Source: a virus (Duplodnaviria > Caudoviricetes). Taken from it: DNA of 57,037 bases. Below are positions 34,944 to 44,223 of this stretch, piece by piece. A program made the translations under genes and the position numbers. Where the stretch lies: the IMG/VR virus record IMGVR_UViG_3300021062_000017, positions 1 to 57,037 of that record; one strand, 5' to 3'. The stretch's first letter is position 1, and every line of letters begins with the position of its first letter. Under the pieces are notes generated by a model that saw only the letters and a list, made by a program, of their open reading frames with translations, did not search any database and was not told the origin of the DNA.

Positions 34944-36515
34944 TCACTGCCCCCAGAGCAGAAGGTCCGCCGTGCCGGCGGCCAAGTTCTTCGTGTAGGC
35001 GAACACGCGGCGCAGCGTGCCGGCCTCGCGGCTGAATCCGTAGCGGTCCCAGCGCAGTTCGACCACGCTGCCGATGTCGACGTCCAGGAGGGTGGCGTCA
35101 TCGAGTTGCACGCCGCGGGCCCAGTGCATGCGGTGCGGCACGCCCAACAGCGCGGCGCGGCGCGCAGCCTCGGCGTCGGCGTCGGCCTTGAAGGCGAACA
35201 GCGTGTCGAGCTCCAGCGTGGTGGTGCGCTTGTACGGATTCGGGCTCGGCGTGGTCGTGCCCTCGGACACGCGCCATTCCTCGCCTAGGTCGGCGCGGTC
35301 GGCGGCCGAGACGGTGATGTCCACCTCAGGGCCGGCCAGCGGCCGGTAGTACCGCGCATGTCGGATCAGCACCTTCGTGGCCGGCACATCCTCGCTGCTG
35401 GTGTCGCCTTCGAGCGTGGCCTCGTTCCAGGGCGCGATCACTGCCGCCGCGGTGCCGCTGGGCTCCTCGACCCGCTGCATGGTGAGCACGCCGAGGCGAT
35501 TGAACCCGTATGCGGCGCCCACGGTGCGCGCGACGGCGTCCATGATGTCGAGCGTGCTGCGTCCGTCGGCGACCCAAATGCCGAGCACAGCGCCGTTGGC
35601 GGTGTCGAGCGCGGTGACGTGGCTGCTGCTGATGTCCGCTGCGTCGATGCCTCGCGCAAGCGCCAGGCGTTTCAGCAACGTCCCGGCCTTGCTGTTGGCC
35701 GTGGTGTCGGCCGTCGCATCGCAGGTGAAGAGCGTAGGCAGCGCGCCGCCCACGCGCAGCATGCCGCCCGCCGGCCAGACGCGGTACTGGCCGCTGCTGG
35801 GCGCGTTCGTCTCCATGTCGGACTGCGACGTGTAGTCGGCGCCCTGGGTGTACGGAGCGCCCTTGTCGTAGGCAGCGTCCACGGACTGGATTGCGCCGTC
35901 GCTGACTTGGTAGATGCCTCGCGTGGTGTTGACGCACGGGGCCGGAATCTGGAACGCCTTGCCGTAGAGGCGCGGGATGATCTTGCCGGCCAGTTCCGGG
36001 CCGCCGTCCACGCCGGCCGGCAGCACGTTGGTGCCGCCGTAGGTCGCGGTGAGGTGCGGGGTGTTCAGCTCGTAGAGGCGGTCCTTGCCGTGCAGGACCA
36101 CGCTGCCCTGCTTCGGCTCCGGCTGGCTGATCGTCGCCTTGATGACGGTCACCGCCGTCGAGAGCGCCGCCCCGGGCTGCACCTGCAGCAGACGCATAGG
36201 GCGCTCGCGGAAGTTGATGGTGTCCGGGTTCTCGAACACGGCATCAAGCGCGCCGTCGATGTTGGCGAGCTCCGCGACGATGACGCCGACGTCAGCGCGA
36301 GGGTTCGGCGCGGTGATGGCCACGCCATCCCTGAACATGCTGCGGCTGATCGTGCCCGCGCTGATCAAGCGATCCAGATAGACGGTGTTCGCCGGGGAGT
36401 CCGCGCTCTTCGTGCGGTAGCCCTCGCGCCCCTTCATGCTGTAGCGGTGCGTGACGTAGGTGGAGACGTCGGTGTAGCCGTCGATCTCCAGCAGGATCAG
36501 CGCGCTACTGGACAT
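34944..36515 (-). CDS. Tail tip/baseplate hub protein
   Basis: Follows the TMP. GKIIPRLYGKAFQIP motif. Confidence 0.65.
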   Translation of the reverse strand: MSSSALILLEIDGYTDVSTYVTHRYSMKGREGYRTKSADSPANTVYLDRLISAGTISRSMFRDGVAITAPNPRADVGVIVAELANIDGALDAVFENPDTINFRERPMRLLQVQPGAALSTAVTVIKATISQPEPKQGSVVLHGKDRLYELNTPHLTATYGGTNVLPAGVDGGPELAGKIIPRLYGKAFQIPAPCVNTTRGIYQVSDGAIQSVDAAYDKGAPYTQGADYTSQSDMETNAPSSGQYRVWPAGGMLRVGGALPTLFTCDATADTTANSKAGTLLKRLALARGIDAADISSSHVTALDTANGAVLGIWVADGRSTLDIMDAVARTVGAAYGFNRLGVLTMQRVEEPSGTAAAVIAPWNEATLEGDTSSEDVPATKVLIRHARYYRPLAGPEVDITVSAADRADLGEEWRVSEGTTTPSPNPYKRTTTLELDTLFAFKADADAEAARRAALLGVPHRMHWARGVQLDDATLLDVDIGSVVELRWDRYGFSREAGTLRRVFAYTKNLAAGTADLLLWGQ

Positions 36516-39500
36516 CGCGCGACCTCGCCACGGCGGCGTACGCCAGCTGCTGGGCCGTCATCTTGTTGCCGGTGTCCAGCGCGTCGCTGAGTGCCACGCC
36601 GGACGCGGCGGTGACTTCGGCCGCCGTCCTGGTGTTCCCCTTGATGGCCGAGAGCTCGGCCTGCACGCGCTTCAGCTCGGCCAGCACCTCATCGAACACG
36701 GGCGCGTAGGTCGCGGCCCCGGTCAGTTCCTTCTGGAGGTTCAGGAAGGTGGCCGCGGCATCGTCGATGCGCTCCATGGCGCCGAGGTCGCCGCCCAGCG
36801 CCAGGTCGCGCGTCTCCTCGAACTGCGATCGCGCTTCGGCGAGTCGATCCTCGGGCGACAGTGCCGACAGGGCGCCGGTCAGGAGCGAGTCCATGAAGCT
36901 GTTGAAGCTGCCGTCGAGCCGCGCGATGGTCGCGTTCAGCTCTTCGAGCGCGCGCAGCTCGTCGCGAGCCATGTCCTCTTGGCGTCGGCGCGCCTCTTCC
37001 GCCGCCTGGTCCATCGCGCTGCCACTGCCGGCGGCGGCCGCCTCGGCTTGCTCGCGCCGGAGCCGGTCGGGCGAGACGACGTCGCTGTTCTGCGGGCCTT
37101 CCATTTGCATGGCGTACTGGTTGAAGAGCCCCGCGCGTGTCGGCCCGGGCACGTTGCCCTTGCCGCCCCAGAAGTTGTCGACGTAGTCCTGCAGGTTTTT
37201 CGGCAGCGTGCCGCCTTCGAAATCGGCGTTGAACTGCTCGCTGCGCACGGACATGCCTAGCCAGTCGCGATAGGCAGCATCGCCGGCGGACACGCCGGCT
37301 CGGGTCAGCGGACCCATCATCGGGATGCGCGCGTTTCCGGCTGCCTTGGCCGCCTCCTCGCTGCTTTCGGCCAGGTCGCCGAGCGCGCCCGCGGCGGTGA
37401 GCACGGCCAGCTCGAGCTCACTAACACCGTCGGCGAGGTTGACGAAGGACTGCACGAACTTCAGCACCTCCTCCTTCGTCGCATCGGCCAGCTGCTTCGC
37501 GCTCACGGAGAGACCCGCGGCCTGTAGGTCCTCCGCGATGCGACCGTATTGGTAGCCACGCAGTTGCGCCGGGCTCACGAACTTTCCGATGTTCTGGTCG
37601 ATCAGCTGCGTGGCCCGGTTGGCCCGCGCGGCCGCCTCCTCAGCACGCGCTGCAGCCTCCTCTTCAAGCTGCTGCGTCGCCTCATCGGAGGCATCGATCA
37701 GTGCATCGAAGGCGCCGGCGACGCGCATCAGTGCCGCGAACGCCTCCCGATCGGCCTTGCTGCCGAGGTCATCGAGGGAGTCCACCAGCGCCCGGAACTC
37801 GCCCTTCGTTTTCGGGATCGCGGTGATACCGACGTCGTTGAGGGTCTTTGTGATGCCCGCCCAGGCGTCTTCGGTGCGCTCGGCCTCGTCGTAGAACTCT
37901 TGGTAGTAGGTGCCGATGCTTTGGCCCAGGGCGTCGAAGCCACCGGCGGCTGTGGCCAGCTTTTCGAAGGTGTCGACGCTGAGGGCGCTGAACTGGGTGA
38001 AGACGCCGCCCAGGGGCTCGAAAGCGTCGGTGAGCTGCGCGACGGCCGTGGCGGTCTGCAGCATCGCCTCGGCGGCATCGCTGTCGAGCTTGGCTGCGCT
38101 GACGGAATCGAAATACTCCTCGAAGCGTGCGTCCAGGTCGGACTGCTGCAGGCCCTGGATGATGAGGACCGGCATCTGCTCGCTGATCCAGCCCTCCAGC
38201 TCGTCGGCGGCGATCTTGCTGGCTGCTCGGCCTGGCCCGCCGGCGCCGAACGCACCGGAGCCCGTCTGCGTGCCGGCGATCAGCTTGTTGTCAGCGCCGA
38301 AGAAGCCCAACAGCGCGGCGACCTCGTTCTCGCGATCGCGGTCGGTGAGCGCCCCGACGCGCAGGCCCTGCGTGAGGCCGCCACCGAAGAGGCTGGCCGA
38401 GAGGGTCACGCTGCCGGCGAGCCGGCTGGCCAGGTCCTGCAGGCCCTCGTCCGCGCCGCCGCCCATGATGTTGCGACCGAACTCGAAAGGCGCCTGGGTG
38501 CCCTGCACGAAGTCGCCGTCGACGACGGAGCCGATGCCGAACCCGCTGACCGATGGCTTGTGCCCCAGAAGGCGAGCGACCAGTGGCCGCGCCGAGAGGA
38601 TGTTGGCCCACTTGTCGCTCATGCCGAGCGCCTGGAAGGCCTTCATGTGCGTGAGCGAGATCGTGCCGCCTGGCGTCGCGTGGTTCGCCTTGTCGTCGAT
38701 CAGCGTGTCGTTGTACCCGGCCTTGTAGGCCGAGCTCGACGCCATGTAGGCGGCGATGATCCAGCCGATGATGGGGATCGCCGCGGAGATGCTGCTTCCG
38801 CCGCCAGCGGTGGCGGCGGCCGCGCCTTCGGACGCCACGATGCCCTGCTGCGCGGCGACCGCGTTGTAGTACGCCGGCCCCGTCATGCCGGCTGCGCCGG
38901 CTGCGCTTCCGCCCATCGCAACGGTCCCGGCGCCGCCCCCGAGCCCCACCCACCCGCCGATGGTGTTCGCGATGTTGCCCCAGCCGCCGCCCATCTGGCC
39001 GGCCGTGCCGAGCATGCTGAGCCAGTTGTTCCCGCCGCCAGCCACTGCGCCAGCGCCGCCTGCCGCCTGGGCCATGCCGAGCCACTGACCGACGCCGCTG
39101 ACCCCGTACTGCACCAGGGCCTGGATCGCGTTGGACTTGATGTAGTCCTGCACGTAGTCCCAGCCCTCTTCGCCGCCCATCTGGATGGCGTTGGTGATCA
39201 AGCCGGTGATGGTGTCGGCGGTGCGCTCCCACTGCTGGATCGATTCCTTGCCGGCCTCGATGGCTGCGGCGCGTCCGGCCTGGGCTGCGGATTCGCGGAG
39301 GGCGGCGGCCTGCTTCCGGTACTCGGCGGCTATCTGCGGGTCGATGTTGTCGAAGAGGACCGCGCGGCGCTCCTTCGCGGCGGCGGCGGCCTGCAGCTCG
39401 GCGCGCTCGACCTCCCGCAAGGCTGACGCAGACAGCAGCGTCTGGTCGTTGTCGCGCTTCGCCGCGGTAGCGCGACCCTCCAGCGCAGCGGTCGCATCCT

Positions 39501-41205
39501 GCAGGCGGGCCAGCGACTGCGCGTTCTCGTCGGCACCCTCGCGCTGCCAGCGCACTTCCTCGCGCAGCGCCTCGCCTCGCTTCACGCTGGCGCGCGACGC
39601 GGCCTCGATGGCCGGAGTCATCACCAACAGGCCCTTGGCGAGCTTCTCGTCCAGTTCCAGCAGTTGGCGCTCCGACTCGGTGAGCGGCCGCCGCAACTCG
39701 AGCTCCTTCTCCAGTGCGGCGTTCGTCAGGTCGATGGAGCGCGCCCACTCGCGCCCGGCCTTGGACAAGTCGTTGAACGCCTTCACGGCGTCGTCCATGG
39801 CCTCGGCGTCCTTCTTGGTCGCCGCGGTCTTCTTGAACGTGGCCGCCGTGAGCTGCTGGACGGTCTCGACGTACTGCTTCTCGGTGATGTGGCCCTTCTG
39901 CCGCGCCGCGTTCAGCTCGTTGATCTGCTTCAGGTAGTTCGCATCGATGCCAAGCGCCTTGTTGCGGATGTCGGCCAGCAGCTTCGTCGCCGCGGCCTGC
40001 TCCTCCAAGCCCTTCTTGGCCAGGGCGTCGATGGCGGAACTGGCCTGGCCGAATTGCTGCGACTGGCTGGTGCCGCGCTCCGCCTTCAGGTCGTCCTGCG
40101 CCTGCTTCGCCTCACGCAGCCGCTTGGTCAACTCCTCAGCCTTGGCCACTTCCATTGCGAGATAGGCGCCGCCGCGTTCGGAGAACCGCTGCTGCAGAAC
40201 CGCGAGCTCCTTCTCAGCCTCCGCCAGGCGCCGGGCGATGTTGGCTGCGCCGGTGTCGACCTGACCCAGCGCCTCCGCGATGCCCATCACCTGCGCGGCG
40301 GCGATCGAGCTGAAGAAGCCGAGCCCGGCCTCGCGCGCACGAGAGAAGCGGTCGGACACGTCGTCGATGACGCCGGACAGCGACTGCAGGCCGCTCGCGA
40401 TGGATGAGGTGGCGCCGGCCGCCTTGTCGAGCTCGCCGATGGCCTTGGTGGTCGCGTTCGACAGCTGCGTCATCGCCTGGCCGACGGTGACGACGCTGTT
40501 GCCGACTTCCTTGGCCAGCACCGCGGACTGCGACTCCAGGGCCTGCAGGATGGCTTCGGCGGTGAGCTGACCTTCCTTGCCGAGCTCGCGCAGCTTGCCC
40601 ACCGTGACACCCATGCCGTCGGCAATGGCGCGGGCGAGGCGCGGGGTCTGCTCGAGCACGCTGTTCAACTCGTCCCCGCGCAGCGTGCCGCTCGCGAGGC
40701 CTTGGCCAAGCTGGTTCAGCGCGGCCTGCATGCCCTCGGCGCTGCCGCCGCTGATCGCCATCGCGTTGCCGATGGCCTCGGTGACCTTCAGCAGCCGCTG
40801 CTGACTGACGCCGAGCCCGTCCGTCGCGCGTGCGATTGAGGCGTACGTGGCGCCCAGGTCGGTGAAGTTGGTCCGCGAGCGTTGGGCGATGCCGTACAGG
40901 GCCTCGTAGGCTGTGGAGGCGGCTGACGCGCTGCCGGTGGCCAGCGCGAGCTTGTTGTTGAGGACGGTGACCGCATCGGCCGTGCGCACGGCGGCAGTCG
41001 CGGCCTGGGCCAGCTCCTGCGCGATGGCAAGACCGGCCACCGCCTTGGCGGCGCCGGCGATGCTGGAGAACGTCCCGGACGCGCGCTGCTCGGCCGCCGT
41101 GCTGGACTGCCCGATGCGGTCCATGCTCGACGCGACCTGCGCCGCGCCCTGCTGGACCTGCTGGACGCCGTCGATGCCGACGCGGAAGCGGATGTCTTCG
41201 GTCAT
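36505..41205 (-). CDS. Tape measure protein
   Basis: 1566 aa, Ala-rich. Tape_meas N domain QLGQGLASGTLRGDELNSVLEQTPRL. Confidence 0.93.
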   Translation of the reverse strand: MTEDIRFRVGIDGVQQVQQGAAQVASSMDRIGQSSTAAEQRASGTFSSIAGAAKAVAGLAIAQELAQAATAAVRTADAVTVLNNKLALATGSASAASTAYEALYGIAQRSRTNFTDLGATYASIARATDGLGVSQQRLLKVTEAIGNAMAISGGSAEGMQAALNQLGQGLASGTLRGDELNSVLEQTPRLARAIADGMGVTVGKLRELGKEGQLTAEAILQALESQSAVLAKEVGNSVVTVGQAMTQLSNATTKAIGELDKAAGATSSIASGLQSLSGVIDDVSDRFSRAREAGLGFFSSIAAAQVMGIAEALGQVDTGAANIARRLAEAEKELAVLQQRFSERGGAYLAMEVAKAEELTKRLREAKQAQDDLKAERGTSQSQQFGQASSAIDALAKKGLEEQAAATKLLADIRNKALGIDANYLKQINELNAARQKGHITEKQYVETVQQLTAATFKKTAATKKDAEAMDDAVKAFNDLSKAGREWARSIDLTNAALEKELELRRPLTESERQLLELDEKLAKGLLVMTPAIEAASRASVKRGEALREEVRWQREGADENAQSLARLQDATAALEGRATAAKRDNDQTLLSASALREVERAELQAAAAAKERRAVLFDNIDPQIAAEYRKQAAALRESAAQAGRAAAIEAGKESIQQWERTADTITGLITNAIQMGGEEGWDYVQDYIKSNAIQALVQYGVSGVGQWLGMAQAAGGAGAVAGGGNNWLSMLGTAGQMGGGWGNIANTIGGWVGLGGGAGTVAMGGSAAGAAGMTGPAYYNAVAAQQGIVASEGAAAATAGGGSSISAAIPIIGWIIAAYMASSSAYKAGYNDTLIDDKANHATPGGTISLTHMKAFQALGMSDKWANILSARPLVARLLGHKPSVSGFGIGSVVDGDFVQGTQAPFEFGRNIMGGGADEGLQDLASRLAGSVTLSASLFGGGLTQGLRVGALTDRDRENEVAALLGFFGADNKLIAGTQTGSGAFGAGGPGRAASKIAADELEGWISEQMPVLIIQGLQQSDLDARFEEYFDSVSAAKLDSDAAEAMLQTATAVAQLTDAFEPLGGVFTQFSALSVDTFEKLATAAGGFDALGQSIGTYYQEFYDEAERTEDAWAGITKTLNDVGITAIPKTKGEFRALVDSLDDLGSKADREAFAALMRVAGAFDALIDASDEATQQLEEEAAARAEEAAARANRATQLIDQNIGKFVSPAQLRGYQYGRIAEDLQAAGLSVSAKQLADATKEEVLKFVQSFVNLADGVSELELAVLTAAGALGDLAESSEEAAKAAGNARIPMMGPLTRAGVSAGDAAYRDWLGMSVRSEQFNADFEGGTLPKNLQDYVDNFWGGKGNVPGPTRAGLFNQYAMQMEGPQNSDVVSPDRLRREQAEAAAAGSGSAMDQAAEEARRRQEDMARDELRALEELNATIARLDGSFNSFMDSLLTGALSALSPEDRLAEARSQFEETRDLALGGDLGAMERIDDAAATFLNLQKELTGAATYAPVFDEVLAELKRVQAELSAIKGNTRTAAEVTAASGVALSDALDTGNKMTAQQLAYAAVARSRDVQ

Positions 41206-41208
41206 GCG

Positions 41209-41660
41209 TCAGTGCCGCCGGCGCGCAGCTGCGGCCTCGGCTTCCTCTCGTCGCTTCTTGAGCTTGGCCGCGCGGTCGGCCAGGATGACGTGCCGCGCCG
41301 ACTTCGCGCAGGCGCAGACGCCGTCATAGATGGAGCGGCGCTCAGCTTCGTCGGCGACCACGAACTGCAGATGCGCGAGTACCTCGCTGCGAGGAAGCAC
41401 GCTTTCCTGCCACTGGTCCTGCAACCCCAGGAACGCGTCCCACGCCGGCACGCACTCGGGCCACAGGTAGGCTGGCCAGTCCGGCTGCTCGACCGTCTCG
41501 ACGTTGGCGCCAGAGGCCTCTGCGGCCCGCGCGATGAGCAGCGCCATGGATGTGCCCGACGTGCCAGCAGGCTGGGCCGGCTGGGCATCGGGGTCGACCT
41601 GCGGCTCATCGTCGTCATCGCGCAGTCCTTCGCGCGCCCACCGAGCGGCGAGCGCTACGA
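41209..41660 (-). CDS. Tail assembly chaperone gpT-like (reached by -1 frameshift)
   Basis: The -1 frame after the slippery site is open (LVALAARWAREG...) into the ORF carrying YLWPECVPAWDAFLGLQDQW. Confidence 0.75.
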
Positions 41661-42017
41661 GTTTTTTTCCTTCACCCCGACGGCGGCGATGTAGGCGTGG
41701 AAGGCCAGCGCTGCCATGCCGGGGCGGTTGAGGAGGTCACGGCAGTTGTCCTGCGTGAAGGCGGCCGGCTTGCCGTCCTCGGCCAGCGGGCCGGCCCAGT
41801 CGCGAACCTTCGGGAGCAGCGCCGACACGATCGGCGTTTTGTCACCGGCGATCTCGCGGTCGCGCACGTCCTGGCGCAGCGCGATCACCTCTTCGGAGGT
41901 CGCAAGCCGCTCGGCGGTGAGGAAGAAATCGAACGGCACGTCGCTGCCGTCCTCGGCGGTCTCTTTGCCCTCGACCTTGAAGCGCACGAGGGGGGAGACG
42001 ACGATTCGAATGCTCAT
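41655..42017 (-). CDS. Tail assembly chaperone gpG-like
   Basis: Between the tail tube and TMP genes. Ends in EKNS. Confidence 0.8.
   Translation of the reverse strand: MSIRIVVSPLVRFKVEGKETAEDGSDVPFDFFLTAERLATSEEVIALRQDVRDREIAGDKTPIVSALLPKVRDWAGPLAEDGKPAAFTQDNCRDLLNRPGMAALAFHAYIAAVGVKEKNS
41661..41667 (-). other. -1 programmed frameshift site A AAA AAC
   Basis: X XXY YYZ heptamer in the correct frame at the end of gpG. Confidence 0.8.
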
Positions 42018-42124
42018 GTGGGTGCCCGATCAGATGGCCCGATAGGAGAGGAGCGCGCGGCCGCGTTGGCTCGGGCGAAGACCGCGCGGCGTTTCCGCCG
42101 CCGCGGCCGCGCGCAAACGGCTGG

Positions 42125-42772
42125 TCAGGTCGACCAGAAGCTGGGGAAGTTCTGCACCTCGATGGCCAGGGCGGTCTGTACGACGCCCTGCGCCTGGCCG
42201 CGGGCGGTGCCGGGCGCGGACACGAATCCGTTGAAGCACATCTTTGCGGTGGTGCCGAAGCGCAGCTTGAAGACGCGCTTGCCTTGCGCCTTGTATGCGC
42301 GGTTCGCCTCGATGTAGCCGGCGTCCGACGGATCGAAGATCGCGTTGGAGGTGATCGACATCGGCGAAACAACCGTCGGAGCGCGCTTGCGGATCGAGTC
42401 GTGAATCGTCGTCACGTCGGCATACTCCGGGTCGCCGCCGCTCACATCGAACGTTTGCAGAATGCCGAACGAGGAGCCGAAGGTGACGACCTGGAAAGAG
42501 CCGGACGTGAAGGTGTTGTAGTCGGTCGTGTTCTCGCCTTCCAGCTCGAACGTGTTTGCGGCGGCATTGACGTTGGCGACGCGGAAAGCGCGGTCATTGA
42601 CCTCGGTCATGCCGCTGGCCGTGATCAGCACGTAATCGCCGTTGGTCGGGTCGGTACCGGTGTAGGTGACCACACCAGGGCTCGCCTTCGAGATCGCGCT
42701 GATGGTGATTGCTGATGCGAGCGCCGTCTGGATGTCGACGCCCACGTTCTTCCAGAAAATTGGGTTTGCCAT
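42125..42772 (-). CDS. Major tail tube protein
   Basis: ITISAISKASPGVV...SGGDPEYADVTTI. Synteny. Confidence 0.85.
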   Translation of the reverse strand: MANPIFWKNVGVDIQTALASAITISAISKASPGVVTYTGTDPTNGDYVLITASGMTEVNDRAFRVANVNAAANTFELEGENTTDYNTFTSGSFQVVTFGSSFGILQTFDVSGGDPEYADVTTIHDSIRKRAPTVVSPMSITSNAIFDPSDAGYIEANRAYKAQGKRVFKLRFGTTAKMCFNGFVSAPGTARGQAQGVVQTALAIEVQNFPSFWST

Positions 42773-42793
42773 GTCTGGCTCCTAAGTGGCGCG

Positions 42794-43234
42794 TCAGAGC
42801 GCTGTGGATGGATCGCCCTGCGAGGTGACGTAGATCACCTCGAAGAGCTGGTGCCCGATTCGGATTCGCTGCTGCCCCTCGTCCCGCTGCGCGGGCTGGT
42901 AGGAGAGCGGACGGATGGACTGCACGCCCGGCAGCGAAGTGGCTGCGAGGCAGGCCTCGACGTCGGCCAAGAGCTGGTCCCGGGCGCGCGAAGCGTTGGT
43001 GTTCTGCACGATCTGCGCCGTGACGATGAAGCGGTAGGAGCGCTGCAGCAGCGGGTCGCCGTGCACGGTCAGCGGCTCCTGCGCCTCGCTGTCGTCGTCG
43101 ACCGAGAGGTGCGGGCAGTCGGCGGCCTCGACGAGGTCGTAGGGCTCCTCGTCCACGCGGCTGCCGGCAGACGTGTTCGCCGCGATCAGCGCTGCGACCA
43201 CTGCCTCGCGGATGACGTGGCGCTGATGGTTCAC
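42794..43234 (-). CDS. Tail terminator protein
   Basis: HQRHVIREAVVAAL N-terminus. Synteny. Confidence 0.7.
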   Translation of the reverse strand: MNHQRHVIREAVVAALIAANTSAGSRVDEEPYDLVEAADCPHLSVDDDSEAQEPLTVHGDPLLQRSYRFIVTAQIVQNTNASRARDQLLADVEACLAATSLPGVQSIRPLSYQPAQRDEGQQRIRIGHQLFEVIYVTSQGDPSTAL

Positions 43235-43521
43235 GGCTGCTTCTCCAGCGGCAGCACGACCAGGCCAGTGCCGTCGGGCTCTGGCGTGCGGACGCGCCAG
43301 GTGCCGGCGCCAGGGCCTGCCGCGATCACGAGCACGCTGTTGCGCGCCACGCTGGGCGCCGCGCTGTGCGGCAGCGTGAACTGCGGGTCGCGTGAGGCGA
43401 TGCCGGAGAGGTCGACGAACGGCGCGTCGTAGTTGCCCACGACCGAGACGCCGTCAAGCGTCGCCTCGGTGGCGAACTCGTCCGCGTCGAAGAACGCGGT
43501 GAAGTCCTCGGTCATGGGCAT
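43231..43521 (-). CDS. Head-tail joining protein (gpFII-like)
   Basis: EDFTAFFDADEFA...EPDGTGLVVLPL. Confidence 0.75.
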   Translation of the reverse strand: MPMTEDFTAFFDADEFATEATLDGVSVVGNYDAPFVDLSGIASRDPQFTLPHSAAPSVARNSVLVIAAGPGAGTWRVRTPEPDGTGLVVLPLEKQP

Positions 43522-43545
43522 GGCCGCTCGTCTTTCGCGCCAGCG

Positions 43546-43938
43546 TCAGACGTACTTCTTCTTGCCCGAAGCCACGACGCTCACGGCAGCCGGGCCGGTG
43601 GCGATCGTGCCGACGAAGCCGAGGAAGCCCCCGGTCACCTTCTTCGGATCGACCACGACCGTCTGCGTGCTGAGGTCGGTGGAGGTCGTGACCTGCGTGA
43701 ACGTGTAGCCGCTGATGTCGGCGGCGCCGGTGCCGTTGGCATCGGTGGCCGACTGCAGCTTGCCGGTGATCGTGCCCGCGGTGACGACACCGACGTTCAT
43801 GGTCACCAGGATCTCGCCGTCGTACGGGCGCACGTCGAGCCACATGCCGGTGCCGCTGGTGGCGGCGGCGGTGTTGGCGGCGTCCACCGCATGGAGCAGC
43901 GCGGTCGAGGTCGCTGCGGAGGCTTGGCTGTTCAGCAT
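43546..43938 (-). CDS. Capsid decoration/cement-like protein
   Basis: Beta-rich 130 aa protein downstream of the MCP. Confidence 0.55.
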   Translation of the reverse strand: MLNSQASAATSTALLHAVDAANTAAATSGTGMWLDVRPYDGEILVTMNVGVVTAGTITGKLQSATDANGTGAADISGYTFTQVTTSTDLSTQTVVVDPKKVTGGFLGFVGTIATGPAAVSVVASGKKKYV

Positions 43939-43939
43939 G

Positions 43940-44212
43940 TCACTTCTCCTTCTTGCCGGCCTTCACCGGCGCGTGTGCGGGGTCGGCAGGCGCCGGCGTG
44001 GGGGCGAGCTTTTCGGCCGGCGGCTCCGGTGCAGGCGAAGGGCTGGGCGCGGGGTCGGCGGGCGCCGGCGTGGCCGGTACCTCCTCGACGGCGCCGATGG
44101 ACGTCAGGAAGGTGGCCGTGCCCTTGTCCAGGGCGAACGGCTCGCTGTCCGGCGTCACGTGCCGCTCGGGGCCGATGCAGACCCCGCGCAGGGCGCGGTA
44201 GAGGCTGCTCAT
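43940..44212 (-). CDS. Hypothetical head-associated protein
   Basis: MSSLYRALRGVCIG... with a Pro-rich tail. Follows the MCP. Confidence 0.55.
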   Translation of the reverse strand: MSSLYRALRGVCIGPERHVTPDSEPFALDKGTATFLTSIGAVEEVPATPAPADPAPSPSPAPEPPAEKLAPTPAPADPAHAPVKAGKKEK

Positions 44213-44223
44213 GGCGGCGCGCC